In this document: in pieces, positions 52,760 to 62,404 of the stretch | Numbering within the stretch: the first letter of the stretch is position 1 | How the letters are laid out: each line of letters begins with the position of its first letter | DNA from: a virus | Taxonomy: Duplodnaviria > Heunggongvirae > Uroviricota > Caudoviricetes | IMG/VR virus record: IMGVR_UViG_2595698353_000001 | Location: 78,564 to 142,563 of that record | Length of the DNA: 64,000 bases | Direction: 5' to 3' (one strand) | Translations under genes and position numbers: made by a program | Notes under the pieces: model-generated | Database searches by the model: none | The model's input: the letters and a program-made list of their open reading frames with translations, nothing else | Told to the model about the DNA's origin: nothing

Positions 52760-53662
52760 ATGAAGGTCTATTTCTCAGCCGAGTACACCGCAGCGAAATA
52801 CTCGTTCGACACGACCCGCAAGTCGCGGGACGTCGCGCTGTCGCTGTTCGATCGCCCGATCGACGGCGTCAAGCTGGTCAAGCCCAAGCGGCTGGGCAGC
52901 AAGCAGCTGCTGCTGGCGCACGACGCGAACTACGTCGACGCGGTGCTCACCGGCCAGCCGAAGGATCTCGCGGAGTCGCAGGGCTTCAGCTGGGATCCGG
53001 GGCTGTGGACCTCGGTGACGGCGTCCAGCGCGGGCATGGTCCGTGCCGCGCTCGAGGCGCTGCAGACCGGCGTCGCGGGCACCCTGTCCTCGGGCCTGCA
53101 CCACGCCCGCCGGGACCTCGGCGCGGGCTTCTGCACCTTCAACGGGCTGGCGCTGGCCGCGAAGTATGCCCTGCGGGAGCCCGGGGTCGAGCGGGTGCTG
53201 ATCGTCGACTTCGACGCCCACTGCGGTGGCGGCACCGAGTCGATCATCCGGGACAACGGCCGGATCATCCAGGTGGACGTGTCGACCGACGACTTCGACG
53301 CATACCAGTCGACGCCGACGGCGCAGCTCAAGCTCGTCGACAACCCGGACCGGTACCTCTCGGAGTGCGGCGCGGCACTGAGCCGGGCCGACCGGCTCGG
53401 CAGCTACGACCTGGTGCTCTACAACGCCGGGATGGACCCGCACGAGGACTGCATCGTCGGCGGCCTGCAGGGCGTCACGCGGGAGATACTCGCGGCGCGC
53501 GAGCGCCTGGTCTTCCAGTGGGCCGCGCTGCGGGGCCACCCGATCGCGTTCGCGCTGGCCGGTGGCTACACCAGTGCACTCCTGCCGGTCGACGACCTGG
53601 TCGACCTGCACCGACTGACCGTCCTCGCGGCGGCCGAGCACGCCGCCCTGGCAACTGTCTGA
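52760..53662 (+). CDS. histone-deacetylase-family (arginase/deacetylase fold) protein
   Basis: HHARRDLGAGFCTFNGLALAA resembles HHGDG..GFC.NDIA. IVDFDAHCGGGTE resembles DLDVHHGDGTQ. YNAGMDPHEDC and LAGGYT also match. Confidence 0.65.
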   Translation: MKVYFSAEYTAAKYSFDTTRKSRDVALSLFDRPIDGVKLVKPKRLGSKQLLLAHDANYVDAVLTGQPKDLAESQGFSWDPGLWTSVTASSAGMVRAALEALQTGVAGTLSSGLHHARRDLGAGFCTFNGLALAAKYALREPGVERVLIVDFDAHCGGGTESIIRDNGRIIQVDVSTDDFDAYQSTPTAQLKLVDNPDRYLSECGAALSRADRLGSYDLVLYNAGMDPHEDCIVGGLQGVTREILAARERLVFQWAALRGHPIAFALAGGYTSALLPVDDLVDLHRLTVLAAAEHAALATV

Positions 53663-53677
53663 ACCAACGGAGGAAAG

Positions 53678-54160
53678 ATGAGCTTCGACTTCACGCACAG
53701 CACCGACAAGGCGCTGGAGATGACGCGCCAGGTCATGCTGCAGTCCGACTCGAACTACACCGGCAGCGAGTACCAGATCGCCCTTGACGCTGAGATCGAG
53801 CGGCGCAGGGTGGCTTCCTGGGAAGGCCAGCGGCCGAACCGCGTGATCGAGATGATCCTCACCACCTACGCCCGGAAGGTGTCCAGGCGTGCGGAGGTCG
53901 ACGCGTCGGTCGTGGATCGGATGGCTGACGACCTGCTCGGCCTGCTCGAGTCGGAGGGCTATGGCGACCTCGCCTCCTTCGAAGTGCCCATCCCGGTGGT
54001 GGGTCGGCCCCGCGTCGACTTCCCCGTCGGCGAGGCGGTGAAGATCTTCGAGGAGGCGTCCACGAGGACGGCGTCTCGGTCGCAGGTCGCCGTCGGCGTC
54101 CTGGCCGTCCTCTCCGAAGTGGCGGCTCGTCAGGCGCTGAAGCAGGCTGCTAGGGTGTAG
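53678..54160 (+). CDS. hypothetical protein (160 aa)
   Basis: RBS GGAGGAAAG. Confidence 0.5.
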   Translation: MSFDFTHSTDKALEMTRQVMLQSDSNYTGSEYQIALDAEIERRRVASWEGQRPNRVIEMILTTYARKVSRRAEVDASVVDRMADDLLGLLESEGYGDLASFEVPIPVVGRPRVDFPVGEAVKIFEEASTRTASRSQVAVGVLAVLSEVAARQALKQAARV

Positions 54161-54285
54161 TCAGTCACCACGGAGCCCCGGCCATAACGGCCGGGGCTTG
54201 CGTGTGTCCGGGGCCGGATCGTGTCTGGTAGCCCGGGGGTCGTGTCAAGGGGTAGTCCACGCCGGAGTACCCCAGGAGCGCCGCA

Positions 54286-57200
54286 ATGATCTATCGCACC
54301 CTCAAGGTCGACTTCGCCCGCGCCGTGACCCGCACCGGTTCTCACGATCGGGTGGAGGTGGCCATCCGCCCCCTCGACACCACGCACAGCCCGATCGACG
54401 GGGCGACGTACATCGATGGCCCGGCGGCTCAGACCATGGTGCTCTCGGAGGCCAAGAACACCGTCGAGTTCCGGCTGGTGCCGTCGTACGCGGAGGGCCT
54501 GACCGAGCCGGTGCTCTACCGAGCCTCGTGGCGTGTCGGTCTGACCGGTCGACTCGAGACCGTCGAGTTCTCCATGCCGAACATGGACGTCACGCTGGCG
54601 CAGCTGCAGGACATGGGCGAGATCATCGGCGAGCTGCCCTACCTGAAGGAGGGCGACCTCGGCGTCCCGGGTCGCGTCGCCCGACTCAACGACCAGGGCA
54701 AGGTCATCGACGCGTTCGGCAACATCGTCGACGGCTCCGGCAGCGCGGTCGAGCTCGGCCAGCGCCTCGACCTCGAGATCGCGAACCGGCAGAGTGCCGA
54801 CGCCGCCCTGAACACGTCGCTGTCGAACGAGATCTCCAACCGGGTCACCTCGGTCACCACCGCATTCCAGAACCTGCTCAGCGCGCAGATCGGCTCGGTC
54901 GTCTCGACCGCCAACGCCGACCGCGCGAGCATGGGCTCCGGCCTGGCCATCGCCAACGGCAGGATCATCTCCATCGAGGCGACGCTGCCGAAGAAGGCCG
55001 ACCTCGTCGACGGCCGCCTGCCGCTGTCGCAGGCCCCGCTCGTCCAGCTCGGCCAGGTGCATGCGGCCACGAACCAGGCAGCCATGCTCGGCCTGACCGG
55101 CGTCGCGGTCGGCGACGTCTGCCTGCGGCCGGACGGCTCGTGGATGCTCACCGCGCAGCCGCCGTCGTTGCTGAAGAACTGGACCCAGATCACCTCGCCA
55201 TCCGACACCGTGATGTCGGTCAACGGCAAGATCGGCGTGGTCACCCTGACGGCCGCCGACGTCGGCGCGTGGTCGAACGCGACCCTGCTGCCGCAGAACG
55301 CCATTCAGTCGCTGCCGACGGACCTCGCGACGATCCGACAGAACGTCGCTGCGCACACGGTCACCCTCTCGAGCGCGGTGCTCGTCAATGAGACCGGCAT
55401 GATCGACGACGCCAAGCTGTCGGGCTCGGTCGCCTTCCTCAACAGCCAGAACCAGGTCGTGAACAAGGCCGGGCAGGTCGTCATCGTCTCCGGCAACGTC
55501 TCGTCGGTGAACGGCAAGTCCGGCGCGGTGGTGCTCAAGGCCTCCGACGTCGGCGCGGTGGGCGTCGGCTCGCAGATCTCGATGTCGTACGTCACCGGCC
55601 TGGTGCTCGCGCTGCAGGAGAAGGTCGGAATCAACGACGCGTCGGTCACCAACGCGCGCACGCCGCTGTCGCACGCCGCGAGCCACAGCTTCGGCGGCCA
55701 GGATCCGCTCACCCCGGCCGCCATCGGCGCGCTCGCGGCCAACGCGCAGATCCCGCAGAGCCAGATCACCGGCCTGCTCACGGACATGGCGCTGAAGGCG
55801 AGCCAGTCCGACCTGCAGATCACCAACAACCAGGTCCAGAAGAACACGATCGACATCGCCAGCCTCATCGCGGGCGGCGGCGGCAGTGGCGGCGGCGGGA
55901 TCGCAGGCAACGTCGTCTCGTGGGCCAACGGCTCGTCGACGAACCCGTACACCGCGAGCATCATGTCTCCGTTCGGCTGGAGCTCGGCGAACGGCTACTA
56001 CTACAACGCCGAGGGCGCGGCGGCGGGCGAGGCTGTCTGGCCGTACATCACCCCGAACGGTCGGCTCGAGCTGCGCAGGGTCAACCACAGCGCGCCGGTG
56101 GATCCGGCCCCGGCGACGGCCACCGACATCGCGGCCGTCCAGGGGCAGATCGACACCGTCAACGGCAAGATCCCGGGCCTGGCGACCAAGACGGCGCTGG
56201 ACAGCACCAACTCGAACGTCGCGGGGATCTCGACGGCCATCACCCTGCTGGCACCGCTGGCCAGCCCGACGTTCACCGGCACCGCCTCGACGCCCGCCCT
56301 GCGTGTCACCGGCGGCACGCTGGCGGCTGGCCGGGTGCTCACCTCGGACGCGTCCGGCAACGCGACGTGGCAGGCCGTCCCGGTCGTCTCGGTGGCGGGC
56401 AAGACCGGCGCGGTGGTGCTGGCTCAGTCCGACATCACCGGGCTCGTCTCGGACCTCGGCGCGAAGGCCGACAGGGCCAACCCGACGTTCACTGGCACCA
56501 CGACGATCTCGGCCCTGCGCGTCACTGGCGGCTCGCTGGGCGCGGGCAAGACCCTGATCTCCGACGCCTCGGGCAACGCGACGTGGCAGGTGCCGCCGAG
56601 CGCCCCCGTGTCCTCGGTGTCCGGGCACACCGGAGACGTCACCCTGGTGCCGTCGGACGTCGTCGGCCTGTCGACGCTGATGAACGCGAAGGCCGATCTC
56701 GTCGGCGGCGTGATCCGCTCCGACCAGATCCCGGCCCTGGCTATGCACACCGTTGTCACGGCCGCCTCTCAGGCTGACATGCTCGCGCTGACCACCTCCC
56801 AGGTGCAGCGCGGCGATATGTGCATCATCACCGGCGGCGCTGAGCGCGGCAACTACATCCTCACGGCGGACAGCCCGGCGATCCTGTCGAACTGGGTGCC
56901 GCTGGTGCTGCCCGCGCAGGCCGTCTCCTCGGTCAACGGCAAGACCGGCGTCGCGGTCCTGTCGGCCGCCGACGTCGGAGCCATCGCCACCGGCGCGATG
57001 ATCCCGCAGTCCCAGATCACCGGCCTGCTCACGGATCTCGGCGGGAAGGCTGACAGCTCGGCGCTGGCCAACTACCTGTCCAAGACCGAGGCGCAGGCGC
57101 AGTCGACGACGAAGAACACCGTGAAGTACGCGGCCACCAGCAGCGTGACGAGCCTGTCGGGCACCTCGACGCTGATCGACAGCCGGACCCTGGTCGCCGG

Positions 57201-57771
57201 AGACCGCGTGCTGCTGCCGGTCCAGTCCTCGAGCAAGGACAACGGCATCTGGGTCGTCCAGTCCGGCGCGTGGACCCGCCCGGCCGACATGCCGACGAGC
57301 AGCATCGTCGTCACCGGCACGCAGGTGATCGTCACCGACGGCGCGACGCTGGCCAACACGGTCTGGCAGATGAACGGCACGACGAGCACCAACGTCGGCA
57401 CCACGCCGCAGACGTGGACCAAGTCGCTCGTCGCCGGTCCGCCGGTCGCGTACACCAGCGGCCCGGGCATCCAGATCGTCGGCAACACGGTGTCGTCGAA
57501 CTACGGCGACGGCCTGAAGGTGGTCGGCCAGCAGCTGACCGTCGACCCGGATGTGGTCGCGCGCAAGAAGGTCATCCCGATCACCCAGACCACGAAGACG
57601 GTCACGCTGACGCATAACCTCAACACGCAGTTCGTCTGGGTCTCGATCATCGACAACCAGACCAGCAGCATCGTGCTGGCGGGCGCTACCGTCTCCACGG
57701 CGAACGCGGTCTCCGTCGAGTTCGAGGTCGCTCCGACGTCCACCCAGTACACCGCCGTCGTCTTCGGTTAA
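54286..57771 (+). CDS. large tail-fibre-like protein with five phage tail-fibre repeats (1161 aa)
   Basis: Repeated SVNGK(I/S/T)G(A/V)VxLxAxDVGA units. NPTFTGT(A/T)S..ALRVTGG motifs are shared with 4482-5141. Confidence 0.7.
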   Translation: MIYRTLKVDFARAVTRTGSHDRVEVAIRPLDTTHSPIDGATYIDGPAAQTMVLSEAKNTVEFRLVPSYAEGLTEPVLYRASWRVGLTGRLETVEFSMPNMDVTLAQLQDMGEIIGELPYLKEGDLGVPGRVARLNDQGKVIDAFGNIVDGSGSAVELGQRLDLEIANRQSADAALNTSLSNEISNRVTSVTTAFQNLLSAQIGSVVSTANADRASMGSGLAIANGRIISIEATLPKKADLVDGRLPLSQAPLVQLGQVHAATNQAAMLGLTGVAVGDVCLRPDGSWMLTAQPPSLLKNWTQITSPSDTVMSVNGKIGVVTLTAADVGAWSNATLLPQNAIQSLPTDLATIRQNVAAHTVTLSSAVLVNETGMIDDAKLSGSVAFLNSQNQVVNKAGQVVIVSGNVSSVNGKSGAVVLKASDVGAVGVGSQISMSYVTGLVLALQEKVGINDASVTNARTPLSHAASHSFGGQDPLTPAAIGALAANAQIPQSQITGLLTDMALKASQSDLQITNNQVQKNTIDIASLIAGGGGSGGGGIAGNVVSWANGSSTNPYTASIMSPFGWSSANGYYYNAEGAAAGEAVWPYITPNGRLELRRVNHSAPVDPAPATATDIAAVQGQIDTVNGKIPGLATKTALDSTNSNVAGISTAITLLAPLASPTFTGTASTPALRVTGGTLAAGRVLTSDASGNATWQAVPVVSVAGKTGAVVLAQSDITGLVSDLGAKADRANPTFTGTTTISALRVTGGSLGAGKTLISDASGNATWQVPPSAPVSSVSGHTGDVTLVPSDVVGLSTLMNAKADLVGGVIRSDQIPALAMHTVVTAASQADMLALTTSQVQRGDMCIITGGAERGNYILTADSPAILSNWVPLVLPAQAVSSVNGKTGVAVLSAADVGAIATGAMIPQSQITGLLTDLGGKADSSALANYLSKTEAQAQSTTKNTVKYAATSSVTSLSGTSTLIDSRTLVAGDRVLLPVQSSSKDNGIWVVQSGAWTRPADMPTSSIVVTGTQVIVTDGATLANTVWQMNGTTSTNVGTTPQTWTKSLVAGPPVAYTSGPGIQIVGNTVSSNYGDGLKVVGQQLTVDPDVVARKKVIPITQTTKTVTLTHNLNTQFVWVSIIDNQTSSIVLAGATVSTANAVSVEFEVAPTSTQYTAVVFG

Positions 57772-57802
57772 TACATTGAGTAGCAACAGTTTTGGAGGAA
57801 AG

Positions 57803-60379
57803 ATGCCCGGGATGAAGCGCCTGCGCCACCAGTCGCACGCCGAGCGACGCTTCGACGAGCAGGCGGCCGCGATCGAGGGCAGCGCCCCGAAGCCGGTGAA
57901 CCACCGCGCTGCGTACGATCGCCTCCCCACGGACGCGCCGGTGGCCCGACCGCGCCGCCAGGCCTCGGGCTACGAGCCGCACCCCGACGTCACGTGGGCG
58001 CGGCGGCAGCACGGCGTCGCGCATACCACCGGCGGCCGCATGCTGCCGCTCAACGTGACCGCGAGCTACGAGGACCAGGAAGCCCGGATGGCCGACCAGT
58101 CCGGCTGGGACCGGCACGTGTCGTTCGCGCCGTCGCAGCCGATGATCCAGGGCGCGCAGGCGTATTCGGCGAAGGCCGGTCTGGGAGACCCGCACGGCTA
58201 CGGCTACGACCACGTCCGGCAGACCCCGGAGACGGTGCGCACGGTCGGTCGCCACTACGACGCGCTGCCGACGTACGACGAGCGCGCCATCCCGCACTAC
58301 GAGGCGCTGCGCAACGAGGTCAACAACCAGTACCACCACCTGACCAACGGCATGGGCGTCAACGTGCAGAGCGTCGACCACGACCCGTACGCCGATGTGC
58401 ACGAGATGATGCACGACCTCACCAACAACAACCGGCTGAAGGTCCTCGGCACCCGCGTGACCGGCTCCCACCCGTTCTTCAGCGACGACGAGAACGACAA
58501 GTTCCGCGCGGTGCACGACGCATTCGGCCACGCCGCGACCGGGCGCTCGTTCGACCGGCACGGCGAGCAGGCTGCGTACCTCGCGCACAGCCAGATGTTC
58601 ACGCCGAAGGCGCGCGGCGCGCTCGCGACCGAGACCAAGGGGCAGAACAGCTCCCTGATCCTCAACGGCCAGTTCGGTCCGCAGAAGCTCGCGATCATGG
58701 ACCCGCAGCACTGGAACGACTCGTCGCTGTCTGGCATCAAGCCGCCGTCGGCCCCGAAGATGCCCGGCGTCCCGAGCCTGTCGGCCTCGCGCCGCCGGTC
58801 CTACTTCGACTTCCCGGTCGACTTCGCGTTCCGCCGTCGGGCCGACCTGCTGCAGGACGCCCCGGACATGCCGAAGCCCCCGTCGGCGGCCCCGGCCCCG
58901 ATGACCGCACCGACCCCGGCACCCGCACCGGCCGCGCCGACCGACGACGACGTCCTCAAGAGCAAGGGCGTCACCTACAACCAGATGCTCGACAACCTTC
59001 AGTCGCACTACGATTCGGCGACGCCGGAGCAGAAGATGCGCGGCCGCGTCTGGTACAAGGCTGGCTCGGACACGATGAAGGACATCGCGTCGCTGACCGG
59101 CAAGTCGGTGCGCAAGTCGATCGCCACGGCGGCCGCGCTGTCGGCCCGCACCGACTGGCGCGACAACGTCCAGTACGCGGCGCACTTCCTCAACAGCTAC
59201 AACCCGGACGACCCGGACAACGAGAACCGCTGGCGGCTGCCGCAGATCCACCCGGAGGCGATGGCCAAGTACATGGAGCGCTACGGCGAGGAGCCGGGCG
59301 TCCACGACGACCAGTTCACGCACAAGGAGCTCAAGGGGCTCTACAACCAGGGCATGATGCCGCGCACCGTCAACGACTTCCGCACGCTGGCCAAGCTGCA
59401 CGGCGACATCGTGAGCCGGGACGACAATGGCGTGCCGCGCATGGACAAGCGGACGGGGCAGCCGATCCCGCACCAGATGTCGGCCCTCGCCACCGACCCG
59501 GCGGCCCAGGACGAGTGGATCAAGGCCGTGCGCGACCACGGCTACCAGAGCGTCGTCGATGCGCACATGCGTGCGGTGAAGGACACCACCGGCAAGCGGC
59601 ACCCGGGCGGCTACGAGCCGACCGGCGACGAGAAGGCCGACGCGAAGGCGCTCGTGAAGTACTTCTCGCCGACCTCGACGTTCCGTGGTGCCGGTCTGCC
59701 CACCACCGGCGGAAACATCAACATCGCGAAGAAGATTCACGATGCGCCGGACACCGACGAGGCGATGGCGGCCATCCTCGGCGGCGACAAGTACAACGCC
59801 TTCAACAACAACCTCACCGACCACCTGGACTTCCGCGAGCCCCGTGCGGGTGACCCGGACGACGTCGGCTACTACGACCACCCGGGCGGCAACTGGGAGA
59901 ACCACGACCCGCGAGATCTGCTGGGCACCATCGACACTCAGCACATGCGCGCGTCGTCGGCCCCGGCCGGTGGCACCCCGCTGAACTACGCCGAGGGCAG
60001 CCAGATCAACCCGGACCTGTACAAGGTGTACGCGAAGGGCCTGGTGGACCTCACGCGCCGGATCAACGCGAAGGAGGCGGACCCGGCCAAGCACATCCTG
60101 CCCAAGCAGGTTCAGGCCGTCGTCTGGGGCACCTTCAAGGACGCGATGAATGCGCAGAAGAAGGAGCGCCAGCAGACGTACTGGGCTCCGGGCATCAGCG
60201 ACCAGTTCGAGCCGCACCAGACGCGGTACCTGAGCCGCGTCGCGGGCTTCGTCGACCACGATCTGCTGCACCCGACGAACACCGACCCGAAGCACCCGGA
60301 GTCGCACGAGTGGTGGAATAAGGTCGTGGACAGCTGGATCGCTCGCCACCTCGGCGGACACAATCAGGAGGGGTTCTGA
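57803..60379 (+). CDS. large multidomain protein with HExxH zincin-like motif (858 aa)
   Basis: DVHEMMHDL plus downstream AVHDAFGH. Pro/Ala-rich linker. Start at ATG after GGAGGAAAG. Track ORF begins at 57776. Confidence 0.55.
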   Translation: MPGMKRLRHQSHAERRFDEQAAAIEGSAPKPVNHRAAYDRLPTDAPVARPRRQASGYEPHPDVTWARRQHGVAHTTGGRMLPLNVTASYEDQEARMADQSGWDRHVSFAPSQPMIQGAQAYSAKAGLGDPHGYGYDHVRQTPETVRTVGRHYDALPTYDERAIPHYEALRNEVNNQYHHLTNGMGVNVQSVDHDPYADVHEMMHDLTNNNRLKVLGTRVTGSHPFFSDDENDKFRAVHDAFGHAATGRSFDRHGEQAAYLAHSQMFTPKARGALATETKGQNSSLILNGQFGPQKLAIMDPQHWNDSSLSGIKPPSAPKMPGVPSLSASRRRSYFDFPVDFAFRRRADLLQDAPDMPKPPSAAPAPMTAPTPAPAPAAPTDDDVLKSKGVTYNQMLDNLQSHYDSATPEQKMRGRVWYKAGSDTMKDIASLTGKSVRKSIATAAALSARTDWRDNVQYAAHFLNSYNPDDPDNENRWRLPQIHPEAMAKYMERYGEEPGVHDDQFTHKELKGLYNQGMMPRTVNDFRTLAKLHGDIVSRDDNGVPRMDKRTGQPIPHQMSALATDPAAQDEWIKAVRDHGYQSVVDAHMRAVKDTTGKRHPGGYEPTGDEKADAKALVKYFSPTSTFRGAGLPTTGGNINIAKKIHDAPDTDEAMAAILGGDKYNAFNNNLTDHLDFREPRAGDPDDVGYYDHPGGNWENHDPRDLLGTIDTQHMRASSAPAGGTPLNYAEGSQINPDLYKVYAKGLVDLTRRINAKEADPAKHILPKQVQAVVWGTFKDAMNAQKKERQQTYWAPGISDQFEPHQTRYLSRVAGFVDHDLLHPTNTDPKHPESHEWWNKVVDSWIARHLGGHNQEGF

Positions 60380-61638
60380 TGCTGGGAGACCGTGTGCGCC
60401 GCCACCATTCGGCGCGGGCCGACCGAATCGCGGCCGACGTCCACACCGCCGACCTACCGAAGACGCAGAAGTGCGAGTACTGCGACGAGCAGGCCACCCA
60501 GCGGGTGATCCACTCCGAGGGCATGGCGTACATCCCGTGCTGTGACGCGCACCTCGAGGACGCCGAGAACGACGCCGCCCACTGCGTGCCGGGCGACGAG
60601 CCGGACCCCAGCAACGTCGACCGGGTGGAGAAGATCTCGGCGTGCTTCACCGAGGACGAGATGCGCGCCATCGCCCGCGACGGCGCGGAGGCGCACCCCG
60701 AGCTGGTGCGAGAGATGGGGCAGGCGCTCGAGGCCGCCGGGATCACCCGGAAGGCCGCCATCCCGGACGGCTACCAGGTCCACCTGATGAACACGTCGGG
60801 GTACGGCGGCGGCATCGCTGGCCTCTACCCGAAGGGCATCAAGCCGACTGGCGGCAACTGGCACAGCGCCATCGCCTGGGACAACCAGGGCAAGATCGAC
60901 AACATCGACACCAAGCCTCGGCACCAGGGGAAGGGCCTGGCGCGGTCGCTCTACGACCACGTGAAGAGCACCTGGCGTCCCGACCTGATGCACGATCGCT
61001 CACTCACGTCCGACGGCAAGGCATTCTCCCAGGCCGTGGGCGGACAGATGTTCGACAACGACGAGTGGGAGCGCCGGTACCAGCAGAACCAGGACGAGAA
61101 GAAGATGCCGTGGGAAGACAGGGACAAGCTGTGGCGGTCTCGCGGCTGGCCGGACATCACCGACGTGTGGACGCCCAACCGGCAGGCGGCGGCCGACCAG
61201 GAGTACTGGATGGACCACCGCGCGCCGACGAACGACGGCTACTGCGCGCCGATGCACGCGCTGCACCAGATGATCCCGGATGTCCACGAGCGCCCGCAGG
61301 ACTACCACGGCGGCACGGTGCCGGAGAACCTGTCGGCCATCCGGCGGTCGAAGGATAGCCCGGACACCAAGGTGAAGATCTACCGTGCCATGCCGCGCCA
61401 GGGCCGGGGCGGGTACGCGATCAACCCGGGTGACTGGGTGACCACGAACCGCGAGTACGCGGTGCTGCATGGGCTCGGCGGCGAGGAGGACGGCCGCAAC
61501 ATGCCGGTCGTCCAGGCCACCGTCCCGGCGAAGCACCTGTACTCCGACGGCAACTCGCTCGAGGAGTGGGGATACGACCCCGGCCACGAGACGCCCAAGC
61601 CAGCGATCGTCGTGACCCGACCCACGAGGGGACTCTGA
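60379..61638 (+). CDS. protein with N-terminal zinc finger, GNAT-like acetyltransferase motif and unknown C-terminal domain
   Basis: CEYCDE...CCDAH. AIAWDNQGKIDNIDTKPRHQGKGLARSLY matches GNAT motif A (Q/R-x-x-G-x-G/A). ATG overlaps the upstream stop. Confidence 0.5.
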   Translation: MLGDRVRRHHSARADRIAADVHTADLPKTQKCEYCDEQATQRVIHSEGMAYIPCCDAHLEDAENDAAHCVPGDEPDPSNVDRVEKISACFTEDEMRAIARDGAEAHPELVREMGQALEAAGITRKAAIPDGYQVHLMNTSGYGGGIAGLYPKGIKPTGGNWHSAIAWDNQGKIDNIDTKPRHQGKGLARSLYDHVKSTWRPDLMHDRSLTSDGKAFSQAVGGQMFDNDEWERRYQQNQDEKKMPWEDRDKLWRSRGWPDITDVWTPNRQAAADQEYWMDHRAPTNDGYCAPMHALHQMIPDVHERPQDYHGGTVPENLSAIRRSKDSPDTKVKIYRAMPRQGRGGYAINPGDWVTTNREYAVLHGLGGEEDGRNMPVVQATVPAKHLYSDGNSLEEWGYDPGHETPKPAIVVTRPTRGL

Positions 61639-61639
61639 C

Positions 61640-62395
61640 ATGCCGCCACTGAAGTACGTCGGCCGCGCCGGGTCGCAGCCGGGCGACCTCGCCATCAGGT
61701 CGTACGTCGATCCGCTCCTCGATCTCAACCCGCAGGGCGGTAGCGATCCGGCATTGACCGAGGCGCAGGTGGACTCGCTCATCACCACGTCGATGGATTC
61801 CTACGTCACGCAGGCCTATGTCGACAGCGGACTGAACTCAGGCACCTACCTGCTGAAGTCGGCGCTTGACGGCTCGAAGACATCGTTCGTCGCCAAGAGC
61901 CCGATCACGCGCCCGAACGGACCGGCGGCGCTCGACGCAGACGGGTGCATCGTGTACGACCAGTACCCGGCTGCGTGGGACCGGCGGTCGGCACTGCTGT
62001 ACACCGCCTCCTCGTACGCGGCCTACAACGGATCGACCAGCGGCACGATCTGCACGCTGAACATCAATCCGGCTGGAGGTGGCTTCTACCAGGTGATGGT
62101 CTTCGGCAGCTTCGAGGCGCGTGGCGTGAACTCCAACGCCCGGCGTCCCGAGATCCACGTCAAGTCGCCGAACGGCAACTACGTGGCCTTCGGCTGCGGG
62201 CGCGCCGACTCGAACTACCACCAGGTGGTGGTGTCGCCGATCTACAACCAGCAGGTCGTGCAGACTCCGGTCACGCTTACTGTGACCGGGCAGTACACCC
62301 CGAGCCTCGGAACCGGGAACGTGCAGTTCTCCCAGCCACATTCGGGAGCGAACCACTACAACGGCATCTTCGCCATCGCAATCCCGCTCAGCTAG
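61640..62395 (+). CDS. MPPLxYVG-family protein, tandem paralog A (251 aa)
   Basis: MPPLKYVGRAGSQPGDLAIRSYV N-terminus is shared with 63206. Confidence 0.55.
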   Translation: MPPLKYVGRAGSQPGDLAIRSYVDPLLDLNPQGGSDPALTEAQVDSLITTSMDSYVTQAYVDSGLNSGTYLLKSALDGSKTSFVAKSPITRPNGPAALDADGCIVYDQYPAAWDRRSALLYTASSYAAYNGSTSGTICTLNINPAGGGFYQVMVFGSFEARGVNSNARRPEIHVKSPNGNYVAFGCGRADSNYHQVVVSPIYNQQVVQTPVTLTVTGQYTPSLGTGNVQFSQPHSGANHYNGIFAIAIPLS

Positions 62396-62404
62396 GAGGC
62401 ACGA

